DNA of 49,084 bases from a virus (taxonomy: Duplodnaviria > Heunggongvirae > Uroviricota > Caudoviricetes): IMG/VR virus record IMGVR_UViG_2851982317_000003; one strand, 5' to 3'. Numbering within the stretch: the first letter of the stretch is position 1; each line of letters opens with the position of its first letter. Under the pieces are notes generated by a model that saw only the letters and a list, made by a program, of their open reading frames with translations, was not told the DNA's origin and did not search any database. The translations under genes were made by a program, and so were the position numbers. Shown here one piece after another: positions 31,841 through 41,225 of this stretch.

Positions 31841-32866
31841 ATGTCGATGTACACAACCGCCCAGCTGCTGGCGGCAAATGAGAAGAAATTTAAGTTTGAT
31901 CCGCTGTTTCTGCGTCTCTTTTTCCGTGAGAGCTATCCCTTCACCACGGAGAAAGTCTATCTCTCACAAATTCCGGGACTGGTAAACATGGCGCTGTACG
32001 TTTCGCCGATTGTTTCCGGTGAGGTTATCCGCTCTCGTGGCGGCTCCACCTCTGAATTTACACCGGGATATGTCAAGCCGAAGCATGAGGTGAATCCGCA
32101 GATGACCCTGCGTCGCCTGCCGGATGAAGATCCGCAGAATCTGGCGGACCCGGCTTACCGCCGCCGTCGCATCATCATGCAGAACATGCGAGACGAAGAG
32201 CTGGCCATTGCTCAGGTCGAAGAGATGCAGGCAGTTTCTGCTGTGCTTAAGGGCAAATACACCATGACCGGTGAAGCCTTCGATCCGGTTGAGGTGGATA
32301 TGGGCCGCAGTGCGGCGAACAACATCACACAGTCCGGTGGTACGGAGTGGAGCAAGCGTGACAAGTCCACGTATGACCCGACCGACGATATCGAAGCCTA
32401 TGCGCTGAACGCCAGCGGAGTGGTGAATATCATCGTGTTTGATCCGAAAGGCTGGGCGCTGTTCCGTTCCTTCAAAGCCGTCAAGGAGAAGCTGGATACC
32501 CGTCGCGGCTCTAATTCCGAGCTGGAGACAGCGGTAAAAGACCTGGGCGAAGCGGTGTCCTATAAGGGGATGTATGGCGATACGGCGATCGTCGTGTATT
32601 CCGGACAGTACGTGGAAAACGACGTCAAAAAGAACTTCCTTCCGGACAACACGATGGTGCTGGGGAACACTCAGGCACGCGGTCTGCGCACCTATGGCTG
32701 CATTCAGGATGCGGACGCACAGCGCGAAGGTATTAACGCCTCTGCCCGCTACCCGAAAAACTGGGTGACCACCGGCGATCCGGCGCGTGAGTTCACCATG
32801 ATTCAGTCAGCACCGCTGATGCTGCTGGCTGACCCTGATGCGTTCGTGTCCGTACAACTGGCGTAA
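31841..32866 (+). CDS. E: Major capsid protein E
   Basis: MSMYTTAQLLAANEKKFKFDPLFLRLFFRESYPFTTEKVYLSQIPG... Confidence 0.97.
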   Translation: MSMYTTAQLLAANEKKFKFDPLFLRLFFRESYPFTTEKVYLSQIPGLVNMALYVSPIVSGEVIRSRGGSTSEFTPGYVKPKHEVNPQMTLRRLPDEDPQNLADPAYRRRRIIMQNMRDEELAIAQVEEMQAVSAVLKGKYTMTGEAFDPVEVDMGRSAANNITQSGGTEWSKRDKSTYDPTDDIEAYALNASGVVNIIVFDPKGWALFRSFKAVKEKLDTRRGSNSELETAVKDLGEAVSYKGMYGDTAIVVYSGQYVENDVKKNFLPDNTMVLGNTQARGLRTYGCIQDADAQREGINASARYPKNWVTTGDPAREFTMIQSAPLMLLADPDAFVSVQLA

Positions 32867-32907
32867 TCATGGCCCTTCGGGGCCATTTTCTCTCTGTGGA
32901 GGAGTCT

Positions 32908-33303
32908 ATGACGAAAGATGAACTGATTGCCCGTCTTCAGGTGCTGGGTGAGCAACTGAACCGTGATGTCAGCCTGACGGGGACGAAAGAAGAACTGGTG
33001 CTCCGTGTGGCAGAGCTGGAAGAGGAGCTTGATGACACGGATGACGCTGCCGGTCAGGACACATCTGTCAGCCCGGAAAATGCGCTGACCGGACATGAAA
33101 ATGAGGTGGTATCAGCGCAGCCGGATACCGTGATTGATACGGCTGCTCTGGTCACGGTCGTGGCACTGGTGACGCTGCATACTGATGCACTTCACGCCAC
33201 GCGGGATGAGCCTGTGGCATTTGTGCTGCCGGGAACGGCGTTTCGTGTCTCTGCCGGTGTGGCAGCCGAAATGACAGAACATGGCCTGGCCAGAATGCAA
33301 TAA
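32908..33303 (+). CDS. FI: DNA-packaging protein FI
   Basis: MTKDELIARLQVLGEQLNRDVSLTGTKEELVLRVAELEEELDD... Confidence 0.9.
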   Translation: MTKDELIARLQVLGEQLNRDVSLTGTKEELVLRVAELEEELDDTDDAAGQDTSVSPENALTGHENEVVSAQPDTVIDTAALVTVVALVTLHTDALHATRDEPVAFVLPGTAFRVSAGVAAEMTEHGLARMQ

Positions 33304-33314
33304 CGGGAGGCGCT

Positions 33315-33668
33315 GTGGCTGATTCCGATAACCTGTTCGATGCTGCCATTGCCCGCGCCGATGAAACGATACGCGGGTACATGGGAACGTCAGCCACCAT
33401 GACATCCGGTGAGCTGTCCGGTGCTGTGATACGTGGTGTTTTTGATGACCCTGAAAATATCAGCTATGCCGGACAGGGGGTGCGCGTTGAAGGCTCCAGC
33501 CCGTCCCTGTTTGTCCGGACTGATGATGTGCGGCAGCTGCGGCGTGGAGACACACTGACCATCGGCGAGGAAAACTTCTGGGTGGACCGGATTTCGCCGG
33601 ATGATGGCGGAAGCTGTCATCTCTGGCTTGGGCGTGGCGTGCCGCCTGCCGTTAACCGTCGCCGCTGA
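33315..33668 (+). CDS. FII: Head completion protein FII
   Basis: 117-aa ORF MADSDNLFDAAIARADETIRGYMG... Confidence 0.95.
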   Translation: MADSDNLFDAAIARADETIRGYMGTSATMTSGELSGAVIRGVFDDPENISYAGQGVRVEGSSPSLFVRTDDVRQLRRGDTLTIGEENFWVDRISPDDGGSCHLWLGRGVPPAVNRRR

Positions 33669-33679
33669 AAGGGGGATGT

Positions 33680-34258
33680 ATGGCCATAAAAGGTCTTGAG
33701 CAGGCCGTTGAAAACCTCAGCCGTATCAGCAAAACGGCGGTGCCTGGTGCCGCCGCAATGGCCATTAACCGCGTTGCGTCATCCGCGATATCGCAGTCTG
33801 CGTCACAGGTTGCCCGTGAGACAAAGGTACGCCGGAAACTGGTAAAGGAAAGGGCCAGGCTGAAAAGGGCCACGGTCAAAAATCCGCAGGCCAGAATCAG
33901 GGTTAACCGGGGGGATTTGCCCGTAATCAAGCTGGGTAACGCGCGGGTTGTCCTTTCCCGCCGCAGACGTCGTAAAAAGGGGCAGCGTTCATCCCTGAAA
34001 GGTGGCGGCAGCGTGCTTGTGGTGGGAAACCGTCGTATTCCCGGCGCGTTTATTCAGCAACTGAAAAATGGCCGGTGGCATGTCATGCAGCGTGTGGCCG
34101 GGAAAAACCGTTACCCCATTGATGTGGTGAAAATCCCGATGGCGGTGCCGCTTACCACGGCGTTTAAACAGAATATTGAACGGATACGGCGTGAACGTCT
34201 TCCGAAAGAGCTGGGCTATGCGCTGCAGCATCAACTGAGAATGGTAATAAAGCGATGA
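33680..34258 (+). CDS. Z: Tail completion protein Z
   Basis: 192-aa ORF. Confidence 0.95.
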   Translation: MAIKGLEQAVENLSRISKTAVPGAAAMAINRVASSAISQSASQVARETKVRRKLVKERARLKRATVKNPQARIRVNRGDLPVIKLGNARVVLSRRRRRKKGQRSSLKGGGSVLVVGNRRIPGAFIQQLKNGRWHVMQRVAGKNRYPIDVVKIPMAVPLTTAFKQNIERIRRERLPKELGYALQHQLRMVIKR

Positions 34259-34650
34259 AACATACTGAACTCCGTGCAGCCGTACTGGATGCACTGGAGA
34301 AGCATGACACCGGGGCGACGCTTTTTGATGGTCGCCCCGCTGTTTTTGATGAGGCGGATTTTCCGGCAATTGCCGTTTATCTCACCGGCGCTGAATACAC
34401 GGGCGAAGAGCTGGACAGTGATACCTGGCAGGCGGAGCTGCATATTGAAGTTTTCCTGCCTGCTCAGGTGCCGGATTCAGAGCTGGATTCGTGGATGGAG
34501 TCCCGGATTTATCCGGTGATGAGCGATGTCCCGGCACTGTCAGATTTGATCACCAGTATGGTGGCCAGTGGCTATGACTACCGGCGCGACGATGATGCGG
34601 GCCTGTGGAGTTCAGCCGATCTGACTTATGTCATTACCTATGAAATGTGA
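34255..34650 (+). CDS. U: Tail terminator protein U
   Basis: 131-aa ORF overlapping the Z stop. Confidence 0.95.
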   Translation: MKHTELRAAVLDALEKHDTGATLFDGRPAVFDEADFPAIAVYLTGAEYTGEELDSDTWQAELHIEVFLPAQVPDSELDSWMESRIYPVMSDVPALSDLITSMVASGYDYRRDDDAGLWSSADLTYVITYEM

Positions 34651-34657
34651 GGACGAT

Positions 34658-35398
34658 ATGCCTGTACCAAATCCAGTAATGCCGGTGAAAGGGGCCGGGA
34701 CCACACTGTGGGTTTATAAGGGGAACGGTGACCCTTATGCGAACCCGCTTTCAGACGTTGACTGGTCGCGTCTGGCTAAAGTTAAAGACCTGACGCCCGG
34801 CGAACTGACCGCTGAGTCCTATGACGACAGCTATCTCGATGATGAAGATGCGGACTGGACTGCGACCGGGCAGGGGCAGAAATCTGCCGGAGATACCAGC
34901 TTCACGCTGGCGTGGATGCCCGGAGAGCAGGGGCAGCAGGCGCTGCTGGCGTGGTTTAATGAAGGCGATACCCGTGCCTATAAAATCCGCTTCCCGAACG
35001 GCACGGTCGATGTGTTCCGTGGCTGGGTCAGCAGTATCGGTAAGGCGGTGACGGCGAAGGAAGTGATCACCCGCACGGTGAAAGTCACCAATGTGGGACG
35101 TCCGTCGATGGCAGAAGATCGCAGCACGGTAACAGCGGTAACCGGTATGACCGTGACGCCAGCCAGCGCTTCCGTAGTGAAAGGGAAGAGCACCACGCTG
35201 ACCGTGGCATTCCAGCCGGAAGGCGCAACCGACAAGAGCTTCCGTGCGGTGTCAGCGGATAAAACAAAAGCCACCGTGTCGGTCAGTGGTATGACCATCA
35301 CCGTGAATGGCGTTGCTGCAGGCAAGGTCAACATTCCGGTTGTATCCGGTAATGGTGAGTTTGCTGCGGTTGCAGAAATCACCGTCACCGCCAGTTAA
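34658..35398 (+). CDS. V: Major tail tube protein V
   Basis: [42 protein letters not shown]... Confidence 0.95.
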   Translation: MPVPNPVMPVKGAGTTLWVYKGNGDPYANPLSDVDWSRLAKVKDLTPGELTAESYDDSYLDDEDADWTATGQGQKSAGDTSFTLAWMPGEQGQQALLAWFNEGDTRAYKIRFPNGTVDVFRGWVSSIGKAVTAKEVITRTVKVTNVGRPSMAEDRSTVTAVTGMTVTPASASVVKGKSTTLTVAFQPEGATDKSFRAVSADKTKATVSVSGMTITVNGVAAGKVNIPVVSGNGEFAAVAEITVTAS

Positions 35399-35413
35399 TC
35401 CGGAGAGTCAGAG

Positions 35414-35836
35414 ATGTTCCTGAAAACCGAATCATTTGAACATAACGGTGTGACCGTCACGCTTTCTGAACTGTCAGCCCTGCAGCGTATTGAGCATCTC
35501 GCCCTGATGAAACGGCAGGCAGAACAGGCGGAGTCAGACAGCAACCGGAAGTTTACTGTGGAAGACGCCATCAGAACCGGCGCGTTTCTGGTGGCGATGT
35601 CCCTGTGGCATAACCATCCGCAGAAGACAAAGCAGCCTTCCATGAATGAAGCCGTTAAACAGATTGAGCAGGAAGTGCTTACCACCTGGCCCACAGAGGC
35701 AATTTCTCATGCTGAAAACGTGGTGTACCGGCTGTCCGGTATGTCTGAGTTTGTTGTGAATGATGCACCTGAACAGGCAGATGACGCCGGGCCAGCAGAG
35801 CCTGTTTCTGCGGGAAAGTGTTCGACGGTGAGCTGA
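35414..35836 (+). CDS. G: Tail assembly chaperone G
   Basis: 140-aa ORF; slippery GGGAAAG heptamer at 35812-35818 near its 3' end. Confidence 0.95.
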   Translation: MFLKTESFEHNGVTVTLSELSALQRIEHLALMKRQAEQAESDSNRKFTVEDAIRTGAFLVAMSLWHNHPQKTKQPSMNEAVKQIEQEVLTTWPTEAISHAENVVYRLSGMSEFVVNDAPEQADDAGPAEPVSAGKCSTVS

Positions 35837-36252
35837 GTTTTGCCCTGAAACTGGCGCGTGAGATGGGGCGACCCGACTGGCGCGCCATGCTTGCCGGGAT
35901 GTCATCCACGGAGTATGCCGACTGGCACCGCTTTTACAGTACCCATTATTTTCATGATGTTCTGCTGGATATGCACTTTTCCGGGCTGACGTACACCGTA
36001 CTCAGCCTGTTTTTCAGCGATCCGGATATGCATCCGCTGGATTTCAGTCTGCTGAACCGGCGCGAGGCTGACGAAGAGCCTGAAGATGATGTGCTGATGC
36101 AGAAAGCGGCAGGGCTTGCCGGAGGCGTCCGCTTTGGCCCGGACGGGAATGAAGTTATCCCCGCTTCCCCGGATGTGGCGGACATGACGGAGGATGACGT
36201 AATGCTGATGACAGTATCAGAAGGGATCGCAGGAGGAGTCCGGTATGGCTGA
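35818..36252 (+). CDS. T: Tail assembly protein T, expressed as a G-T fusion by -1 programmed frameshift
   Basis: ORF in the -1 frame overlapping the G 3' end, downstream of the slippery site. Confidence 0.9.
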   Translation: MFDGELSFALKLAREMGRPDWRAMLAGMSSTEYADWHRFYSTHYFHDVLLDMHFSGLTYTVLSLFFSDPDMHPLDFSLLNRREADEEPEDDVLMQKAAGLAGGVRFGPDGNEVIPASPDVADMTEDDVMLMTVSEGIAGGVRYG

Positions 36253-38824
36253 ACCGGTAGGCGATCTGGTCGTTGATTTGAGTCTGGATGCGGCCAGATT
36301 TGACGAGCAGATGGCCAGAGTCAGGCGTCATTTTTCCGGTACGGAAAGTGATGCGAAAAAAACAGCGGCAGTCGTTGAACAGTCAATGAACCGGCAGGCG
36401 CTGGCTGCACAGAAAGCGGGGATTTCCGTCGGACAGTATAAAGCCGCCATGCGTATGCTGCCTGCACAGTTCACCGACGTGGCCACGCAGCTTGCAGGCG
36501 GGCAAAGCCCGTGGCTGATCCTGCTGCAACAGGGGGGTCAGGTTAAGGACTCCTTCGGCGGGATGATCCCCATGTTCAGGGGGCTTGCCGGTGCGATCAC
36601 CCTGCCGATGGTGGGGGCCACCTCGCTGGCGGTGGCGACCGGTGCGCTGGCGTATGCCTGGTATCAGGGCAACTCAACCCTGTCCGATTTCAACAAAACG
36701 CTGGTCCTTTCCGGCAATCAGGCGGGACTGACGGCAGATCGTATGCTGGTCCTGTCCAGAGCCGGGCAGGCGGCAGGGCTGACGTTTAACCAGACCAGCG
36801 AGTCACTGACGGCGCTGGTGAATGCCGGTGTGCGTGGTGGTGAGCAGTTTGAGGCGATCAGCCAGAGTGTGGCGCGTTTCTCCTCTGCATCCGGCGTGGA
36901 GGTGGACAAGGTCGCTGAAGCCTTCGGGAAGCTGACCACAGACCCGACGTCGGGACTGACAGCGATGGCACGTCAGTTCCATAACGTGACGGCGGAGCAG
37001 ATTGCGTATGTTGCTCAGTTGCAGCGTTCCGGAGATGAAGCCGGCGCATTGCAGGCGGCGAGCGAGGCCGCAACGAAAGGGTTTGATGACCAGACCCGCC
37101 GCCTGAAAGAGAACATGGGCACGCTGGAGACCTGGGCAGACAGGACAGCACGGGCATTCAAATCCATGTGGGATTCGGTGCTGGATATTGGTCGCCCGGA
37201 CACTGCCCAGGGAATGCTGGAGAAAGCAGAAAAGGCTTTTGATGAGGCGGACAAAAAATGGCAGTGGTATCAGAGCCGGAGCCACCGGCGCGGTAAAACC
37301 TCAGCATTTCTTGCCAATCTCCGGGGAGCATGGGAGGACAGAGCGAATGCGCAACTTGGACTTTCAGCCGCCACGTTGCAGGCCGATCTTGAAAAGGCCA
37401 GAGAGATGGCAGCAAAGGACTGGGCCGAGTCTGAGGCATCACGGCTGAAATATACCGAAGAGGCGCAGAAGGCTTACGAACGGCTGCAGACGCCGCTGGA
37501 GAAATATACCGCCCGTCAGGAAGAACTGAACAAGGCACTGAAGGACGGGAAAATCCTGCAGGCGGATTACAACACGCTGATGGCGGCGGCGAAAAAGGAT
37601 TATGAAGCGACGCTGAAAAAGCCGAAACAGTCCGGCGTGAAGGTGTCTGCGGGCGATCGTCAGGAAGACAGTGCTCATGCTGCCCTGCTGACGCTTCAGG
37701 CAGAACTCCGGACGCTGGAGAAGCATGCCGGAGCAAATGAGAAAATCAGCCAGCAGCGCCGGGATTTGTGGAAGGCGGAGAGTCAGTTCGCGGTACTGGA
37801 GGAGGCGGCGCAACGTCGCCAGCTGTCCGCACAGGAGAAATCCCTGCTGGCGCATAAAGATGAGACGCTGGAGTACAAACGCCAGCTGGCTGCACTTGGC
37901 GACAAGGTTACGTATCAGGAGCGCCTGAACGCGCTGGCGCAGCAGGCGGATAAATTCGCACAGCAGCAACGGGCAAAACGGGCCGCTATTGATGCGAAAA
38001 GCCGGGGGCTGACTGACCGGCAGGCAGAACGGGAAGCCACGGAACAGCGCCTGAAGGAACAGTATGGCGATAATCCGCTGGCGCTGAATAACGTCATGTC
38101 AGAGCAGAAAAAGACCTGGGCGGCTGAAGACCAGCTTCGCGGGAGCTGGATGGCAGGCCTCAAGTCCGGCTGGAGTGAGTGGGAAGAGAGCGCCACGGAC
38201 AGTATGTCGCAGGTTAAAAGTGCAGCCACGCAGACCTTTGATGGTATTGCGCAGAATATGGCGGCGATGCTGACCGGCAGTGAACAGAACTGGCGCAGCT
38301 TCACCCGCTCCGTGCTGTCCATGATGACAGAAATTCTGCTTAAGCAGGCAATGGTGGGGATTGTCGGGAGTATCGGCAGCGCCATTGGCGGGGCTGTTGG
38401 TGGCGGCGCATCAGCGTCAGGCGGTACAGCCATTCAGGCAGCTGCGGCGAAATTCCATTTTGCGACCGGAGGATTTACGGGAACCGGCGGCAAATATGAG
38501 CCAGCGGGGATTGTTCACCGTGGTGAATTTGTCTTCACTAAGGAGGCAACCAGCCGGATTGGCGTGGGGAATCTCTACCGGCTGATGCGCGGCTATGCCA
38601 CCGGCGGTTATGTCGGTACACCGGGCAGCATGGCAGACAGCCGGTCGCAGGCGTCCGGGACGTTTGAGCAGAATAACCATGTGGTGATTAACAACGACGG
38701 CACGAACGGGCAGATAGGTCCGGCTGCTCTGAAGGCGGTGTATGACATGGCCCGCAAGGGTGCCCGTGATGAAATTCAGACACAGATGCGTGATGGTGGC
38801 CTGTTCTCCGGAGGTGGACGATGA
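36245..38824 (+). CDS. H: Tail tape-measure protein H
   Basis: 859-aa ORF MAEPVGDLVVDLSLDAARFDEQMARVRRHFSG... Confidence 0.97.
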   Translation: MAEPVGDLVVDLSLDAARFDEQMARVRRHFSGTESDAKKTAAVVEQSMNRQALAAQKAGISVGQYKAAMRMLPAQFTDVATQLAGGQSPWLILLQQGGQVKDSFGGMIPMFRGLAGAITLPMVGATSLAVATGALAYAWYQGNSTLSDFNKTLVLSGNQAGLTADRMLVLSRAGQAAGLTFNQTSESLTALVNAGVRGGEQFEAISQSVARFSSASGVEVDKVAEAFGKLTTDPTSGLTAMARQFHNVTAEQIAYVAQLQRSGDEAGALQAASEAATKGFDDQTRRLKENMGTLETWADRTARAFKSMWDSVLDIGRPDTAQGMLEKAEKAFDEADKKWQWYQSRSHRRGKTSAFLANLRGAWEDRANAQLGLSAATLQADLEKAREMAAKDWAESEASRLKYTEEAQKAYERLQTPLEKYTARQEELNKALKDGKILQADYNTLMAAAKKDYEATLKKPKQSGVKVSAGDRQEDSAHAALLTLQAELRTLEKHAGANEKISQQRRDLWKAESQFAVLEEAAQRRQLSAQEKSLLAHKDETLEYKRQLAALGDKVTYQERLNALAQQADKFAQQQRAKRAAIDAKSRGLTDRQAEREATEQRLKEQYGDNPLALNNVMSEQKKTWAAEDQLRGSWMAGLKSGWSEWEESATDSMSQVKSAATQTFDGIAQNMAAMLTGSEQNWRSFTRSVLSMMTEILLKQAMVGIVGSIGSAIGGAVGGGASASGGTAIQAAAAKFHFATGGFTGTGGKYEPAGIVHRGEFVFTKEATSRIGVGNLYRLMRGYATGGYVGTPGSMADSRSQASGTFEQNNHVVINNDGTNGQIGPAALKAVYDMARKGARDEIQTQMRDGGLFSGGGR

Positions 38825-39150
38825 AGACCTTCCGCTGGAAAGTGAAACCCGGTATGGATGTGGCTTCGGTCCCTTCTGTAAGAAAGGTGCGCTTTGGTGA
38901 TGGCTATTCTCAGCGAGCGCCTGCCGGGCTGAATGCCAACCTGAAAACGTACAGCGTGACGCTTTCTGTCCCCCGTGAGGAGGCCACGGTACTGGAGTCG
39001 TTTCTGGAAGAGCACGGGGGCTGGAAATCCTTTCTGTGGACGCCGCCTTATGAGTGGCGGCAGATAAAGGTGACCTGCGCAAAATGGTCGTCGCGGGTCA
39101 GTATGTTGCGTGTTGAGTTCAGCGCAGAGTTTGAACAGGTGGTGAACTGA
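38821..39150 (+). CDS. M: Tail tip protein M
   Basis: 109-aa ORF. Confidence 0.95.
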   Translation: MKTFRWKVKPGMDVASVPSVRKVRFGDGYSQRAPAGLNANLKTYSVTLSVPREEATVLESFLEEHGGWKSFLWTPPYEWRQIKVTCAKWSSRVSMLRVEFSAEFEQVVN

Positions 39151-39848
39151 TGCAGGATATCCGGCAGGAAACACTGAATGAATGCACCCGTGCGGAGCAG
39201 TCGGCCAGCGTGGTGCTCTGGGAAATCGACCTGACAGAGGTCGGTGGAGAACGTTATTTTTTCTGTAATGAGCAGAACGAAAAAGGTGAGCCGGTCACCT
39301 GGCAGGGGCGACAGTATCAGCCGTATCCCATTCAGGGGAGCGGTTTTGAACTGAATGGCAAAGGCACCAGTACGCGCCCCACGCTGACGGTTTCTAACCT
39401 GTACGGTATGGTCACCGGGATGGCGGAAGATATGCAGAGTCTGGTCGGCGGAACGGTGGTCCGGCGTAAGGTTTACGCCCGTTTTCTGGATGCGGTGAAC
39501 TTCGTCAACGGAAACAGTTACGCCGATCCGGAGCAGGAGGTGATCAGCCGCTGGCGCATTGAGCAGTGCAGCGAACTGAGCGCGGTGAGTGCCTCCTTTG
39601 TACTGTCCACGCCGACGGAAACGGATGGCGCTGTTTTTCCGGGACGTATCATGCTGGCCAACACCTGCACCTGGACCTATCGCGGTGATGAGTGCGGTTA
39701 TAACGGTCCGGCTGTCGCTGATGAATATGACCAGCCTACATCCGATATCACGAAGGATAAATGCAGCAAATGCCTGAGTGGCTGTAAGTTTCGCAATAAC
39801 GTCGGCAACTTTGGCGGCTTCCTTTCCATTAACAAACTTTCGCAGTAA
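39150..39848 (+). CDS. L: Tail tip protein L
   Basis: 232-aa ORF. Confidence 0.95.
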   Translation: MQDIRQETLNECTRAEQSASVVLWEIDLTEVGGERYFFCNEQNEKGEPVTWQGRQYQPYPIQGSGFELNGKGTSTRPTLTVSNLYGMVTGMAEDMQSLVGGTVVRRKVYARFLDAVNFVNGNSYADPEQEVISRWRIEQCSELSAVSASFVLSTPTETDGAVFPGRIMLANTCTWTYRGDECGYNGPAVADEYDQPTSDITKDKCSKCLSGCKFRNNVGNFGGFLSINKLSQ

Positions 39849-39853
39849 ATCCC

Positions 39854-40597
39854 ATGACACAGACAGAATCAGCGATTCTGGCGCACGCCCGGCGATGTGC
39901 GCCAGCGGAGTCGTGCGGCTTCGTGGTAAGCACGCCGGAGGGGGAAAGATATTTCCCCTGCGTGAATATCTCCGGTGAGCCGGAGGCGTATTTCCGTATG
40001 TCGCCGGAAGACTGGCTGCAGGCAGAAATGCAGGGTGAGATTGTGGCACTGGTCCACAGCCACCCCGGTGGTCTGCCCTGGCTGAGTGAGGCCGACCGGC
40101 GGCTGCAGGTGCAGAGTGATTTGCCGTGGTTGCTGGTCTGCCGGGGGGCGATTCATAAATTCCGCTGTGTGCCGCATCTCACCGGGCGGCGCTTTGAGCA
40201 CGGTGTGACGGACTGTTACACACTGTTCCGGGATGCTTATCATCTGGCGGGGATTGAGATGCCGGACTTTCATCGTGAGGATGACTGGTGGCGTAACGGC
40301 CAGAATCTCTATCTGGATAATCTGGAGGCCACAGGGCTGTATCAGGTGCCGTTGTCATCAGCACAACCGGGCGATGTGCTGCTGTGCTGTTTTGGTTCAT
40401 CGGTGCCGAATCATGCCGCCATTTACTGTGGTGATGGCGAGCTGCTGCACCATATTCCTGAACAACTGAGCAAACGAGAGAGGTATACCGACAAATGGCA
40501 GCGACGCACACACTCCCTCTGGCGTCACCGGGCATGGCGCGCATCTGCCTTTACGGGGATTTGCAACGATTTGGCCGCCGCATCGACCTTCGTGTGA
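39854..40597 (+). CDS. K: Tail tip assembly protein K (the real start may be an internal codon)
   Basis: MTQTESAILAHARRCAPAESCGFVV...; 102-nt overlap with I. Confidence 0.9.
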   Translation: MTQTESAILAHARRCAPAESCGFVVSTPEGERYFPCVNISGEPEAYFRMSPEDWLQAEMQGEIVALVHSHPGGLPWLSEADRRLQVQSDLPWLLVCRGAIHKFRCVPHLTGRRFEHGVTDCYTLFRDAYHLAGIEMPDFHREDDWWRNGQNLYLDNLEATGLYQVPLSSAQPGDVLLCCFGSSVPNHAAIYCGDGELLHHIPEQLSKRERYTDKWQRRTHSLWRHRAWRASAFTGICNDLAAASTFV

Positions 40598-41166
40598 AAA
40601 CGGGGGCTGAAGCCATCCGCGCACTGGCCACACAGCTCCCGGCGTTTCGTCAGAAACTGAGCGACGGCTGGTATCAGGTACGGATTGCCGGGCGGGACGT
40701 CAGCACGTCCGGGTTAACGGCGCAGTTACATGAGACTCTGCCTGATGGCGCTGTGATTCATATTGTTCCCAGAGTCGCCGGGGCCAAGTCAGGTGGCGTA
40801 TTCCAGATTGTCCTGGGGGCTGCCGCCATTGCCGGATCATTCTTTACCGCCGGGGCCACCCTTGCAGCATGGGGGGCAGCCATTGGGGCCGGTGGTATGA
40901 CCGGCATCCTGTTTTCTCTCGGTGCCAGTATGGTGCTCGGTGGTGTGGCGCAGATGCTGGCACCGAAAGCCAGAACTCCCCGTACACAGACAACGGATAA
41001 CGGCAAACAGAACACCTATTTCTCCTCACTGGATAACATGGTTGCCCAGGGCAATGTTCTGCCGGTTCTGTACGGTGAAATGCGCGTGGGGTCGCGGGTG
41101 GTCTCTCAGGAGATCAGCACGGCAGACGAAGGGGATGGTGGTCAGGTTGTGGTGATTGGTCGCTGA
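40495..41166 (+). CDS. I: Tail tip assembly protein I
   Basis: 223-aa ORF. Confidence 0.95.
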   Translation: MAATHTLPLASPGMARICLYGDLQRFGRRIDLRVKTGAEAIRALATQLPAFRQKLSDGWYQVRIAGRDVSTSGLTAQLHETLPDGAVIHIVPRVAGAKSGGVFQIVLGAAAIAGSFFTAGATLAAWGAAIGAGGMTGILFSLGASMVLGGVAQMLAPKARTPRTQTTDNGKQNTYFSSLDNMVAQGNVLPVLYGEMRVGSRVVSQEISTADEGDGGQVVVIGR

Positions 41167-41225
41167 TGAAAAACGTTTATGTGAAACCGCCTCCGGGCGG
41201 TTTTGTCGTTTATGGAGCGTGAGGA

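Noticed and set aside
36700-38500. Multiple long antisense and alternative-frame ORFs inside tape-measure gene H (for example 36803-37285, 37158-37736, 37439-37969, 37915-38433)
   Set aside because: Typical open-frame artefacts of GC-rich, repeat-rich tape-measure DNA; H itself is continuous and lambda-like.
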